Below the pieces are notes generated by a model, which was not told the origin of the DNA, ran no database searches, and saw nothing but the letters and a program-made list of their open reading frames with translations. Both the position numbers and the translations under genes were made by a program. From NCBI GenBank assembly GCA_937930175.1, contig CALGLP010000018.1, positions 14,193 through 78,192 of the forward strand: DNA of 64,000 bases, read 5' to 3'. Shown here one piece after another: positions 37,637 to 47,652 of this stretch. Within the stretch, counting starts at the first letter, position 1. Each line of letters opens with the position of its first letter. This DNA comes from an uncultured bacterium (GTDB taxonomy: Bacteria > Omnitrophota > Gorgyraeia > Zapsychrales > Aceulaceae).

Positions 37637-38985
37637 TGAAAATCTTTAACGGACTCGCAAGTTTCCCAAGAGGCGGGGTTCATCCTCAAGAATTAAAACT
37701 TTCAGCCAATCGGCCTATTGAATTCTTATCACCACCAAGAATTGTCACTATTCCTGTTTCCCAGCATTTTGGCGCACCAGCTAAGCCTATTGTTAAAGTT
37801 GGTGATAAAGTGAAAATTGGCCAGGTCATTGCAGAGGCCAATGGGTTTGTTTCAACACATATTCATGCTACGGTTTCCGGTACGGTGACAAAGATCGAAA
37901 TGTGCATGGATATGAGCGGGTACAAACGCCTTGCGATTATTTTAAATGCGGAAGGGGAGGAGTGGCTTGAAGGTATTGATTTATCAAGAACTCTTAAAGC
38001 AGAAATTATTTTAACCGGTCCACAAATCATTAAAAAAGTCCAGCAAGATGGTCTTGTCGGCTTAGGCGGGGCAACCTTTCCTTTGCATGTTAAGCTTTCG
38101 CCACCACAAGGTAAGCACGCAGATGTTCTTTTGATCAACGGTGTTGAATGTGAGCCGTATTTAACAGCAGATCATCGCTTGATGCTTGAAAAAGGTCCTG
38201 AAATTATCGTTGGCATCCAAATTCTCATGAAAGCCCTTAATGTAAGCAAGGCCATGATTGGTATCGAGGCAAACAAAACGGATGCCATTGATCATTTATC
38301 AAAACTTACTAAGGATACTCCTGGTATCAAAGTTGTTACGCTTAAAGTTAAATATCCACAAGGCGCGGAAAAACAACTTATTGAAGCTATCATTAAACGA
38401 CAGGTTCCTATCGGGGGATTACCCATTGATGTCGGATGCGTTGTTCAAAACATTGGGACAGCTTTTGCCGTATATGAATCGATTCAAAAGAATAAACCGC
38501 TTGTAGAGCGCGTTGTGACTGTTGCGGGAGAGAGTCTTAATCGATCATCCAATTTCCTTGTTCGCATTGGGACACCTGTTTCTTATTTGATTGAGGTTGC
38601 CGGAGGCCTTCCAGAAGATACAGGAAAGATTATTGGTGGTGGACCCATGATGGGTAAAGCCCTCAATACACCAGAAGTTCCTGTTGTCAAAGGAACATCA
38701 GGTATTCTTGTTCTCCCACGTATGTATGCCAAACGTGATCCTGTTTTGCCCTGTATTCGTTGTGCCAGGTGTGTTTCGCATTGTCCACTAGGTCTCGAGC
38801 CTTATCTATTGATGAATCTTGTTGAAAAAGGGATGTCCGAGGAAGCTGATCGAGAAGCAATTATGAATTGCTGTGAGTGTGGCAGCTGCGCTTATGTCTG
38901 TCCAGCAAAAAGACCGCTCTTGGATTCTATTCGCCTTGGAAAATCATTTATTGCCCAACAGCGTAAAGAGAAAGCAAAGACATGA
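37636..38985 (+). CDS. rnfC: Rnf complex subunit C
   Basis: GLVGLGGATFP NADH/FMN-binding block and C-terminal 2x[4Fe-4S] CxxCxxCxxxCP. Confidence 0.85.
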   Translation: MKIFNGLASFPRGGVHPQELKLSANRPIEFLSPPRIVTIPVSQHFGAPAKPIVKVGDKVKIGQVIAEANGFVSTHIHATVSGTVTKIEMCMDMSGYKRLAIILNAEGEEWLEGIDLSRTLKAEIILTGPQIIKKVQQDGLVGLGGATFPLHVKLSPPQGKHADVLLINGVECEPYLTADHRLMLEKGPEIIVGIQILMKALNVSKAMIGIEANKTDAIDHLSKLTKDTPGIKVVTLKVKYPQGAEKQLIEAIIKRQVPIGGLPIDVGCVVQNIGTAFAVYESIQKNKPLVERVVTVAGESLNRSSNFLVRIGTPVSYLIEVAGGLPEDTGKIIGGGPMMGKALNTPEVPVVKGTSGILVLPRMYAKRDPVLPCIRCARCVSHCPLGLEPYLLMNLVEKGMSEEADREAIMNCCECGSCAYVCPAKRPLLDSIRLGKSFIAQQRKEKAKT

Positions 38986-39983
38986 ATCATCAAAAATTAA
39001 TTGTTTCGCTCTCCCCACATGTTTATGCTCCTGCCAGCGTTCGTTGCATCATGATGGATGTCTTGATCGCGCTGACACCCGCTCTGCTTTGGTCAATTTA
39101 TGTCTTCGGCATTAATGCGTTACGTGTCACACTCTTGGGTGTGGCTTCATGCGTTGTTTTTGAATATCTTTTACAACGATATGTTTTAAAAATTCAGCCA
39201 ACAGTTGATGATGGCTCTGCCGCTGTTACGGGGCTTTTACTTGCGTTTAACTTACCAAGTAATATTCCAAGCTGGATGATAATTCTTGGATGCTTCTTTG
39301 CTATTGCCGTGGCAAAATTAACCTTTGGCGGCTTGGGGAACAATCCTTTTAATCCTGCGCTTGTAGGACGTGTTTTCCTTTTTGTGTCCTTTCCTGTTGC
39401 CATGACAAGTTGGCCTATTCCCTTAACAAATCGCTTTCAATTTATTGATGCGATGACCCAAGCGACTCCGCTTTCAATCGTAAAGGAAGGCCTGAAAAAC
39501 AGAATCCCTGTTGTTGATCTCATGGCAAAAATTCCAAATTATTTTGATTTGTTCATCGGTAATCGCGCAGGATGTATCGGCGAGATATCTGTTTTGCTTC
39601 TTTTCTTGGGTGGACTTTATTTATTGTATCGCAAAGTCATTAGCTGGCAGATCCCTGTTTCGATGATTGGTGCCATTTTTGCGTTTTCAGGTATCTTGTG
39701 GATGATTGATCCAAGCGCCTACATGACACCGTTATTCCAAATCTTGACCGGAGGTGTATTTTTGGGTGCTATTTTTATGGCGACAGATATGGTGACATCA
39801 CCAATGATGCCTTGGGGCATGATCATCTTTGGTGCCTTCATTGGAATTTTAACGGTGATTATTCGTGTCTTTGGGGCCTATCCCGAAGGCGTTTCGTTTG
39901 CTATTTTAATTATGAATGCCTTTGTGCCTCTGATCGATAAATTGACAAAACCAAGAAAATACGGCAAGGTTAAGAATGTCTAA
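38982..39983 (+). CDS. rnfD: Rnf complex subunit D
   Basis: Polytopic NqrB/RnfD-like protein with a conserved FMN-attachment region (GGVFLGAIFMATD); ATGA-coupled to rnfC. Confidence 0.85.
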   Translation: MNHQKLIVSLSPHVYAPASVRCIMMDVLIALTPALLWSIYVFGINALRVTLLGVASCVVFEYLLQRYVLKIQPTVDDGSAAVTGLLLAFNLPSNIPSWMIILGCFFAIAVAKLTFGGLGNNPFNPALVGRVFLFVSFPVAMTSWPIPLTNRFQFIDAMTQATPLSIVKEGLKNRIPVVDLMAKIPNYFDLFIGNRAGCIGEISVLLLFLGGLYLLYRKVISWQIPVSMIGAIFAFSGILWMIDPSAYMTPLFQILTGGVFLGAIFMATDMVTSPMMPWGMIIFGAFIGILTVIIRVFGAYPEGVSFAILIMNAFVPLIDKLTKPRKYGKVKNV

Positions 39984-40554
39984 AAAGCCATCGACTTTTT
40001 TCAACATGGTAGGGACGCTGTTTATTATTTCCTTTTTCTCGTCTGCGGCGCTAGGATTTGTTTATGAAATGACGAAAGGGCCTATTGCCAAAGCAACTCT
40101 TGAAAAAAAGATCAAGGCGATCCAAGAAGTTGTTCCTGCTTTTGACAATCATCCGCTTGATGAAGTTTATAGCGTCGATATTGACGAGGGAACACTCTTT
40201 TTTTATCCTGCCAAAAAAAATAACAAGCTTGTTGGTACAGCTGTTGAAACATTGACCACAAAGGGGTTTTCTGGAATCATCAAGCTCATGGTTGGCCTCT
40301 TGCCAGATGGAACGATTAACAATATTGTTGTTGTTGAGACGCACGAAACGCCAGGGTTAGGCGATAAGATCAAAAAGGAAAAATCTGATTTCTCAAAACA
40401 ATTTACGGGCAAGAATCCATCGTTATTTACACTTAAGGTAAAAAAAGATGGAGGGAGTGTTGATGCGATTACTGCGGCCACAATTAGTTCACGAGCTTTT
40501 TGCGATGCGGTGATAAAAGGTTATCAGGCATATAAAAAGGAAGTCCGAAAATGA
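39976..40554 (+). CDS. rnfG: Rnf complex subunit G (FMN-binding)
   Basis: N-terminal anchor and FMN_bind motif (SGATISSRA-type: AATISSRAF). Confidence 0.8.
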   Translation: MSKKPSTFFNMVGTLFIISFFSSAALGFVYEMTKGPIAKATLEKKIKAIQEVVPAFDNHPLDEVYSVDIDEGTLFFYPAKKNNKLVGTAVETLTTKGFSGIIKLMVGLLPDGTINNIVVVETHETPGLGDKIKKEKSDFSKQFTGKNPSLFTLKVKKDGGSVDAITAATISSRAFCDAVIKGYQAYKKEVRK

Positions 40555-41138
40555 ACCAGTGGCAGAATCTGATCAAAGGTTTGATTAAAGAGAATCCTGT
40601 TTTTGTTTTAATTTTAGGGACCTGTCCAACCCTTGCGGTCACGACATCGGTTGCCAATGCTCTTGGCATGGGGCTCTCAACAACTTTTGTGTTGGTGACT
40701 TCAAACCTTGCGATTTCCGCGCTTAAAGATTTTATTCCTGATAAAGTGCGCATTCCTTGTTTTATCGTCGTTATTGCCTCATTTGTTACTATTGTGGATT
40801 TGGTCATGGCTGGTTATTGCCAGGTGATTCATGCGCAGCTTGGTATCTTTATTCCGTTGATTGTTGTCAACTGCATTGTTTTGGGACGCGCCGAAGCCTT
40901 TGCGGCTAAAAATGGTTTATGGTCGTCCACAGTTGATGGTTTAGGCATGGGATTAGGTTTTACTTTCGCGCTTCTGGTCTTGAGCGCTATCCGTGAAGCT
41001 CTCGGTAGTGGATCATTTTTAGGACACAAGTTTATCCACAGTGACGGTATTTTATTTTTTATTTTAGCACCGGGCGCCTTTATTGTTTTTGGTTATGTAA
41101 TTGCGATCATCAATCGGATGAATCGCGGGACAAAATAA
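40551..41138 (+). CDS. rnfE: Rnf complex subunit E
   Basis: NqrD/RnfE-family 6-TM protein (NPVFVLILGTCPTLAVTTS). Confidence 0.85.
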   Translation: MNQWQNLIKGLIKENPVFVLILGTCPTLAVTTSVANALGMGLSTTFVLVTSNLAISALKDFIPDKVRIPCFIVVIASFVTIVDLVMAGYCQVIHAQLGIFIPLIVVNCIVLGRAEAFAAKNGLWSSTVDGLGMGLGFTFALLVLSAIREALGSGSFLGHKFIHSDGILFFILAPGAFIVFGYVIAIINRMNRGTK

Positions 41139-41162
41139 GCTTATAATTAAGCTTTAGGAGAT

Positions 41163-41744
41163 ATGGCGATGCCCTACGTTTTAATGATTATTTCAGCGGT
41201 TCTCGTCAACAACATTGTCTTGACGCAATTTTTAGGTATTTGTCCATTCCTGGGTGTCTCGAAGCGTTTCTCAACCGCTCTTGGTATGGGAGGGGGCGTT
41301 ATCTTTGTCATGACCCTTTCGACGATCATCACGTACCTTATTCAGACGTATCTCCTTGTTCCTTTTAAAATTGAGTTCATGCAGACAATTATTTACATTT
41401 TAGTTATTGCGGCCTTGGTTCAAATGGTGGAGATCATGCTTAAAAAGGTGAGCCCTGCGCTCTATCAGGCCCTCGGTGTTTATTTACCTCTGATTACAAC
41501 CAATTGCACGATTCTAGGCGTTGCAATCTTGGTTATTCGCAAAGAATTTAATTTAATGGAAAGTACGGTTTTTGCCATTTCCAATTCCATAGGGTTCACG
41601 TTCGCGCTTATTATCTTTTCAGGTATTCGCGAACGATTAGAACTTTTAGAAATTCCTGAGGCCATGAAAGGGATTCCATTAGCCCTCGTTCTTGCAGGGC
41701 TTTTATCTCTTGCGTTTATGGGCTTTTCAGGAATTGTTCATTAA
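41163..41744 (+). CDS. rnfA: Rnf complex subunit A
   Basis: NqrE/RnfA-family 6-TM protein (NNIVLTQFLGICPFLGVS). Confidence 0.85.
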   Translation: MAMPYVLMIISAVLVNNIVLTQFLGICPFLGVSKRFSTALGMGGGVIFVMTLSTIITYLIQTYLLVPFKIEFMQTIIYILVIAALVQMVEIMLKKVSPALYQALGVYLPLITTNCTILGVAILVIRKEFNLMESTVFAISNSIGFTFALIIFSGIRERLELLEIPEAMKGIPLALVLAGLLSLAFMGFSGIVH

Positions 41745-41929
41745 TTTTTTACACAATTGTTATCTTCTGGACGGCAATATTTCATTGACAAAGAGTTTGG
41801 TTATGCTATCCTGAAATAAATTTATTAGGAAGGGAAACGTTAACACTTTCTGGTTTAAAGTCATTAAAAGGTTTGGCTTTTATACTAAAAGTGTTTTTTG
41901 TTTTATCAGATTAGAAAGGAGGTGAAATT

Positions 41930-42325
41930 ATGAAAAAATTCACAAAGATCTCGTTATTATGCATTCTTTCTCTTTGCTTCGTGGCAAGTTTTTCGTTTGC
42001 CCAAGGAGCTGAAGATATGGCCACCGAGGCTGAAATGTATTTTGCCTCTGGGATTGTTACCGAAGTTTCCGAGGCTCAGATCGTTATTTCTGAATACGAT
42101 TTTGATGCTGGTCAAGAAGTCAAGGTTGCCTATCAAGTCAACGCGCAAACCCAACTTGAGGGAGTCGCGGCTATAGTCGATATCAGGCCTGGTGATGATG
42201 TTGAAATTGAGTATCAATTGACTGGGGATCAAAAGATCGCAACCCGTATCGAGAAATACGCTCCAGAAACTGGTGAAGAAGAAATGGAACCGGCTACTCA
42301 AGAAATGGAACCGGTTACTGAATAA
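41930..42325 (+). CDS. secreted acidic protein with C-terminal E-rich tandem motif
   Basis: Perfect SD AAGGAGGTG; signal peptide ..SFSFA|QGAE; mature part strongly acidic with EEMEPATQEMEPVTE repeat. Confidence 0.6.
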   Translation: MKKFTKISLLCILSLCFVASFSFAQGAEDMATEAEMYFASGIVTEVSEAQIVISEYDFDAGQEVKVAYQVNAQTQLEGVAAIVDIRPGDDVEIEYQLTGDQKIATRIEKYAPETGEEEMEPATQEMEPVTE

Positions 42326-42457
42326 ATGATTGAGAAACAAGCGCAGAAACAGTGGGCGCTGGAACTGAGCAGCCAGTGGACGTTATGCAATAAATACTGA
42401 AGCTATGCAATCGCAATGAGCCAGGAAGGCTCAAGGTCTGATTTCGCGAAGTACATG

Positions 42458-42508
42458 AAAAGCGGACTCGAATATTTTCTAATATGTTCGAGCCCGCTTT
42501 TTAATTTG
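42458..42508 (+). terminator. Rho-independent terminator
   Basis: aaaagcggactcgaa / 14-nt loop / ttcgagcccgctttt (15-bp stem, 1 mismatch) followed by ttaatttg. Confidence 0.65.
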
Positions 42509-42541
42509 ACGTTTTAGGCGCACTGATTAGAATATATCTGT

Positions 42542-43567
42542 ATGCCAATCGATAAAAATTTTGCAACTGCGCGATGGTGGAAACCACAAAAAGATAAAAA
42601 GCTTAAATGCTTTTTGTGTCCGCGTGAATGCTTGTTAGAAGATGAACAGCGTGGTTTTTGTTTTTTGCGTCAAAATCAATCAGGCGAGCTTAAAACAAGT
42701 TACGGTGTTATAAGCACGCTTGCGATTGATCCCGTTGAAAAAAAGCCGTTGTATCATTTTTATCCTGGAACGCAAACCTTGTCTTTAGGGACCGTTGGTT
42801 GCAACCTAGGATGTTCTTTTTGCCAAAACTGGCAGATCAGTAAGCCCACAGATCTTTCCTTTCTCAGCAAGCAAGCCTCGCCGTCGATGATCGCGAAAAC
42901 AGCTAAAGAGAGGAGCTGTCAAAGTGTTGCCTTTACCTATAATGAACCAATTATTTCATCTGAATATGTTATCGAAATTGCTCGCGAATGCCATGCCCAA
43001 GGCATCAAAACGATTGCTGTAACCGCCGGATATATTCACTCATTAGCACGCAAAGATTTTTTTGAGTACGTGGACGCCGCGAATGTAGATTTAAAATCCT
43101 TCTCAAATCAATTCTATCAAACTCATTGCAACGCGACTCGAGAGCCGATCTTAGACACATTATGCTTTTTAAAGGAGAAAACTAATGTCTGGCTTGAGTT
43201 GACAAATCTTATCATCCCGGGCGAAAATGATGCGGATGAGGAGATTGGCCAAATGTGTGCGTGGATTGCGCGTTATTTAGGGCTTGATGTTCCCATGCAT
43301 TTTAGCGCCTTTCATCCGGACGATAAAATGTTACAGCAAAAGCAAACATCGAAAGAAGCGCTCGTAAAAGCTCGCGCCATCGCATTTGATCATGGCTTGC
43401 GATACGTCTACACTGGAAATATCTTTGATATAGAAGGATCAACAACATTTTGTTATACTTGCAAGAACGTACTTATTGAACGTCAAGGGTATACAGTTTC
43501 AAGAAAAACTTTTAATGACCACGGACAGTGTCAGTCGTGCCAGGCGACATGTCCTGGTTATTTCTAA
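42542..43567 (+). CDS. AmmeMemoRadiSam-system-type radical SAM enzyme (AmrS; PFL-activase-like)
   Basis: RWWKP..KC.LCPR.C.L.EGQRGFC..R.N..G.L.T..YG....L.IDP.EKKPL.HF.PG...LS.GT.GCNL.C.FCQNW.IS pattern. CNLGCSFC is the CxxxCxxC SAM cluster and the N-terminal CxxCxxxC is an auxiliary motif. TTGACG-16-TAGAAT promoter ends 9 nt before the ATG and there is no SD. Confidence 0.75.
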   Translation: MPIDKNFATARWWKPQKDKKLKCFLCPRECLLEDEQRGFCFLRQNQSGELKTSYGVISTLAIDPVEKKPLYHFYPGTQTLSLGTVGCNLGCSFCQNWQISKPTDLSFLSKQASPSMIAKTAKERSCQSVAFTYNEPIISSEYVIEIARECHAQGIKTIAVTAGYIHSLARKDFFEYVDAANVDLKSFSNQFYQTHCNATREPILDTLCFLKEKTNVWLELTNLIIPGENDADEEIGQMCAWIARYLGLDVPMHFSAFHPDDKMLQQKQTSKEALVKARAIAFDHGLRYVYTGNIFDIEGSTTFCYTCKNVLIERQGYTVSRKTFNDHGQCQSCQATCPGYF

Positions 43568-43579
43568 CCTAAACGAGGA

Positions 43580-44344
43580 TTGATGATTATTTTAAGTTGG
43601 AATGTTAATGGAATTCGTGCAATTGCCAAAAAAGGTTTTTTAGATTGGCTTCAGAAAGTATCTCCGGATATCCTCTGCCTCCAGGAAACTAAGTGCCATC
43701 CCAACCAGCTTGATGAAAGTTTGCTCAAGCCATTTGGCTATAAAAGCTATTGGTCGGCTGCACAGAAAAAAGGTTACAGCGGAGTTGCAGTTTACACGAA
43801 AAAAGAGCCTAAGAGCATTTCTCAAGAGTTAGGAAAGAAAGAATTTGATTCTGAAGGTCGCAACCTGATCCTTGATTTTGAGGATTTCCTGCTTTTCAAC
43901 ATTTATTTCCCTAATGGCAGCTCAGGCAATGTCCGTGTGCCGTACAAAATGGCATTCTATGAACAATTCTTAAAAGTTGTTGAGAAGCATAAAAAAGCTG
44001 GACGCAAAATCATCATTTGTGGCGATGTTAATACCGCGCACGCAGAGATTGATTTGGCTCGACCTAAAGAAAATCAAAAGAATACAGGATTTTTACCAGA
44101 AGAGCGTGCTTGGATGACAAAATTCTTCTCTAAAGGTTACGTCGACACATTCCGTCATTTTCACAAAGAAGGCGGACACTATACCTGGTGGGATTATTTC
44201 ACCGCTGCTCGCTCTAGAGACATTGGCTGGAGAATTGATTATTTCTTTGTAAATGAGAAATTTTTGCCCCAGGTGAAGCGCGCTTTTATTTTAAAAGAGG
44301 TCATGGGCTCCGATCATTGTCCTGTGGGGATCGAGATTAAATAA
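43580..44344 (+). CDS. xth: exodeoxyribonuclease III
   Basis: ILSWNVNGIRA..DILCLQETK N-terminus, GDVNTAH, SDHCPV C-terminus; RBS GAGGA. Confidence 0.9.
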   Translation: MMIILSWNVNGIRAIAKKGFLDWLQKVSPDILCLQETKCHPNQLDESLLKPFGYKSYWSAAQKKGYSGVAVYTKKEPKSISQELGKKEFDSEGRNLILDFEDFLLFNIYFPNGSSGNVRVPYKMAFYEQFLKVVEKHKKAGRKIIICGDVNTAHAEIDLARPKENQKNTGFLPEERAWMTKFFSKGYVDTFRHFHKEGGHYTWWDYFTAARSRDIGWRIDYFFVNEKFLPQVKRAFILKEVMGSDHCPVGIEIK

Positions 44345-44354
44345 GAGCGAGGCC

Positions 44355-44864
44355 ATGATAAAATATCTTTCGTTTTTTCTGCTAACACTAGCGTTGATGA
44401 TCTTGCCTCAAGGAGGACTTGCCATGGAAATAACATCACCTGAATTTCAACACAATACAGACATTCCAAAAAAATTTACTTGTCAGGGAATCGATTGCTC
44501 ACCAACGCTAGAAATTAAAAACGTTCCAGCCAGCGCTAAAAGCCTTGTCTTGATCGTTGACGATCCTGATGCGTCGACGGGAAATTGGGATCATTGGATT
44601 GTCTACAATATTCCCCCTTTGACAGCTACGATTGCAGAAGGGTCTACCCCTGGATTACGGTGCCTCAATGATTTTAGACGCAAAGAATGGGGCGGACCAT
44701 GCCCACCCAGCGGAAGACATCGTTATTTTTTTAAGATTTACGCCCTAGACATCCTTCTTTCGCAACTTCCAGATAATGCTAAGAAAAATGACCTTCTGCG
44801 GGCTATGGATGGTCATATTTTAGAAAAAGCTCAGCTGATAGGCCTATATCAAAAGGTGCATTAA
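44355..44864 (+). CDS. YbhB/YbcL-family PEBP (Raf-kinase-inhibitor-like) protein, secreted
   Basis: Signal peptide; SP.L.I.NVP..A.SL.LIVDDPDA..G.W.HW PEBP core. Confidence 0.8.
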   Translation: MIKYLSFFLLTLALMILPQGGLAMEITSPEFQHNTDIPKKFTCQGIDCSPTLEIKNVPASAKSLVLIVDDPDASTGNWDHWIVYNIPPLTATIAEGSTPGLRCLNDFRRKEWGGPCPPSGRHRYFFKIYALDILLSQLPDNAKKNDLLRAMDGHILEKAQLIGLYQKVH

Positions 44865-45004
44865 CTTTTACCCTTAGATTATATTGATTTTCTCTTGTCT
44901 TAATGTCTCTTTAAGTCGTACGGTATTTTGAAAGGCGATAGCGTTGGGCGCTTTTTTATGTTAAGATTATCAAAATTCTAAAATACCTGATATGTGAGGT
45001 TTCT

Positions 45005-47644
45005 GTGGATTTAGCGTCTATCAAATCAACATTTCGAATCAAAAACAGACAGTTTTCTTATTTTAGTTTGAAAAAGTTCGCAAGCTTAGGTTTTGAAAAT
45101 AGCACAACATTACCTTTTTCTATTAAAGTGCTTCTCGAAAGTGCACTGCGTAATTTTGACAATTACAAAGTAACAGAGAAATTAATTACTACCATTGCTG
45201 GTTGGTCGGCCTACGCTGAAGAAAAAAAAGAAATTGTTTTCATGCCTGGTCGCGTTATCTTGCAGGATTTTACAGGTGTTCCTTGTATTGTTGATTTGGC
45301 CGCCATGCGTGACGGCATGAAAGCCTTAGGCGGGGATGATCAAAAAATCAACCCTAAGGTTCCTTGCGACCTTGTGATTGACCATTCGGTGCAAACGGAT
45401 TTTTATGGAAGTAAAAATGCTTTTGCAAAAAATCTTAAGAAAGAATTTCAGCGTAATTATGAACGTTATGAGTTTCTGAAATGGGGACAAAATACTTTTA
45501 AGAATTTTCGGGTTATTCCACCGGCAACAGGCATTATTCATCAAATTAATCTTGAATATCTTGCCCAAGGCGTTTTAGTATGCCATCTCAACGGTGAGCA
45601 TGTCGTTTATCCGGATAGCCTTGTTGGTACCGATAGCCACACAACCATGATCAATGGCCTGGGCATTGTTGGTTGGGGTGTCGGTGGCATTGAGGCCGAA
45701 GCTGTCATGCTTGGTGAACCCTTGAATATGCTGATACCTGAAGTTATTGGCTTTCATTTAAAAGGAAAACTTGGACATGGTGTGACACCAACAGATCTTG
45801 TTTTAACCATTGTTCAGATGTTGCGCAAAGAAGGCGTCGTTAATAAATTTGTTGAATATTTTGGTGAAGGCGTTCAGAATCTTTCGCTGCCAAGTCGTTC
45901 CATGATCGCCAATATGGCGCCCGAATATGGCGCGACCGTAGGATTTTTCCCAACCGATCAGAAAACACTTGATTACTATCGCTTTACAGGTCGACCCAAG
46001 GCACAGGTTGATTTAGTAGAATATTATTTAAAAGAACAAGGAATGTTTTATGCGCACACGACAGCACATAGTGTGCGCTATACTAAAATCCTAGAACTTA
46101 ATTTAAATTCCGTCGAGCCCTGTTTAGCCGGGCCCAAACGGCCACAAGATAGGGTTTCTTTGCACCAAGTGCCGGAGTCTTTCATCAAAAACTTTCAGGG
46201 CGTACACCCAAGCAATACCACGGGCTTAGTCAATGGGTCTGTTGTCATTGCCTCTATTACAAGTTGTACAAATACGTCAGATCCATTTGTTTTATTGGCT
46301 GCGGGAATGTTGGCCAAAAACGCTGTAAAACGAGGTCTCAAGGTTAAACCTTATGTTAAAACATCTCTTGCTCCAGGTTCCCGCATTGCTACAGAGTATC
46401 TACGGAAAGCTGGTCTTTTGCCCGATCTTGAAAAACTTGGATTCCATGTTGTTGGTTACGGATGCATGACCTGTATTGGTAATAGCGGACCTTTGGATAA
46501 AAATGTCGCAAAGGCGATCGAACAATCCCAATTGATCGTTGCTAGCGTCTTAAGCGGAAACCGAAACTTTGAAGGCCGCGTTAGCCCTTGGGTGAAGGCC
46601 AATTATTTGGCCAGCCCGCCACTGGTCGTTGCTTATGCGTTAGCGGGGAACATTACCGTCGATTTACGTTCCGAGCCTCTTGGGAAAGACCGTCAGGGTC
46701 ACGATGTTTATCTCCATGATCTCTGGCCTAAGGACCACGAAATTGAACTACTGATCCAGAAATGTATAAAACCATCAATGTTTCGTAACGCTTATCAGAA
46801 CGTATTATCAGGCACGACTGAATGGCGCAAAATCAAAGCAAAAGCTTCGGCGTTGTATCCTTGGAACAAACAAAGCACCTATATTCACCAACCACCATTC
46901 TTTATTAACATGAAAAAAAACCCTGAGCCGATTGTGGAGATTAAAGGTGCCCATATTCTGGCGGTCCTAGGTGATAGCATTACCACTGATCATATCTCAC
47001 CCGCGGGAGCCATCGCGATAGCTAGCCCCGCGGGAAAATATCTTCAATCGCTTGGCATTAAAGAAAAAGATTTCAATAGCTATGGTTCACGTCGAGGAAA
47101 TGATGAGATAATGACGCGCGGGACATTCGCCAACATTCGCCTTAAAAATCTTCTTGTGCCAGCCCATGAAGGTTCCTGGACAATTCACTTCCCATCGAAT
47201 CAAGAGATGGATATTTTTTCTGCTGCTAGAAAATATCAAAAACAGCAGATTCCTTTGATCATTTTTGCTGGAAAAGAGTATGGAACAGGTTCATCGCGTG
47301 ATTGGGCAGCCAAAGGAACAGCCCTTTTAGGCGTCAAGGCAGTGATTGCGCAAAGTTTTGAACGCATCCATCGAAGCAATCTTGTTGGCATGGGAATTTT
47401 ACCGCTTCAATTTAAAACAGGTGAATCGTTTATCTCCTTAGGGCTTCGGGGTGATGAGCGCTTTGATCTAGAAGGGCTTAATGCGACCATAAAGCCAAGA
47501 CAATTGATCAAGATGATTGCAATATCTGATCATCATCCATGCAAAGAATTTTCTGTTCAACTGCGTTTAGACACACAGGTTGAGATTGATTATTATGTCA
47601 ACGGTGGCATTTTAAAAACGGTTTTAAGAAATTTCCTAAAATAG
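45005..47644 (+). CDS. acnA: aconitate hydratase A
   Basis: LPFSIKVLLE, MINGLGIVGWGVGGIEAEA, SCTNTS, GCMTCIGNSG (Fe-S ligands), SGNRNFEGR; 879 aa. GTG start with GAGGT SD. Confidence 0.9.
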   Translation: MDLASIKSTFRIKNRQFSYFSLKKFASLGFENSTTLPFSIKVLLESALRNFDNYKVTEKLITTIAGWSAYAEEKKEIVFMPGRVILQDFTGVPCIVDLAAMRDGMKALGGDDQKINPKVPCDLVIDHSVQTDFYGSKNAFAKNLKKEFQRNYERYEFLKWGQNTFKNFRVIPPATGIIHQINLEYLAQGVLVCHLNGEHVVYPDSLVGTDSHTTMINGLGIVGWGVGGIEAEAVMLGEPLNMLIPEVIGFHLKGKLGHGVTPTDLVLTIVQMLRKEGVVNKFVEYFGEGVQNLSLPSRSMIANMAPEYGATVGFFPTDQKTLDYYRFTGRPKAQVDLVEYYLKEQGMFYAHTTAHSVRYTKILELNLNSVEPCLAGPKRPQDRVSLHQVPESFIKNFQGVHPSNTTGLVNGSVVIASITSCTNTSDPFVLLAAGMLAKNAVKRGLKVKPYVKTSLAPGSRIATEYLRKAGLLPDLEKLGFHVVGYGCMTCIGNSGPLDKNVAKAIEQSQLIVASVLSGNRNFEGRVSPWVKANYLASPPLVVAYALAGNITVDLRSEPLGKDRQGHDVYLHDLWPKDHEIELLIQKCIKPSMFRNAYQNVLSGTTEWRKIKAKASALYPWNKQSTYIHQPPFFINMKKNPEPIVEIKGAHILAVLGDSITTDHISPAGAIAIASPAGKYLQSLGIKEKDFNSYGSRRGNDEIMTRGTFANIRLKNLLVPAHEGSWTIHFPSNQEMDIFSAARKYQKQQIPLIIFAGKEYGTGSSRDWAAKGTALLGVKAVIAQSFERIHRSNLVGMGILPLQFKTGESFISLGLRGDERFDLEGLNATIKPRQLIKMIAISDHHPCKEFSVQLRLDTQVEIDYYVNGGILKTVLRNFLK

Positions 47645-47652
47645 GAGGGGGC

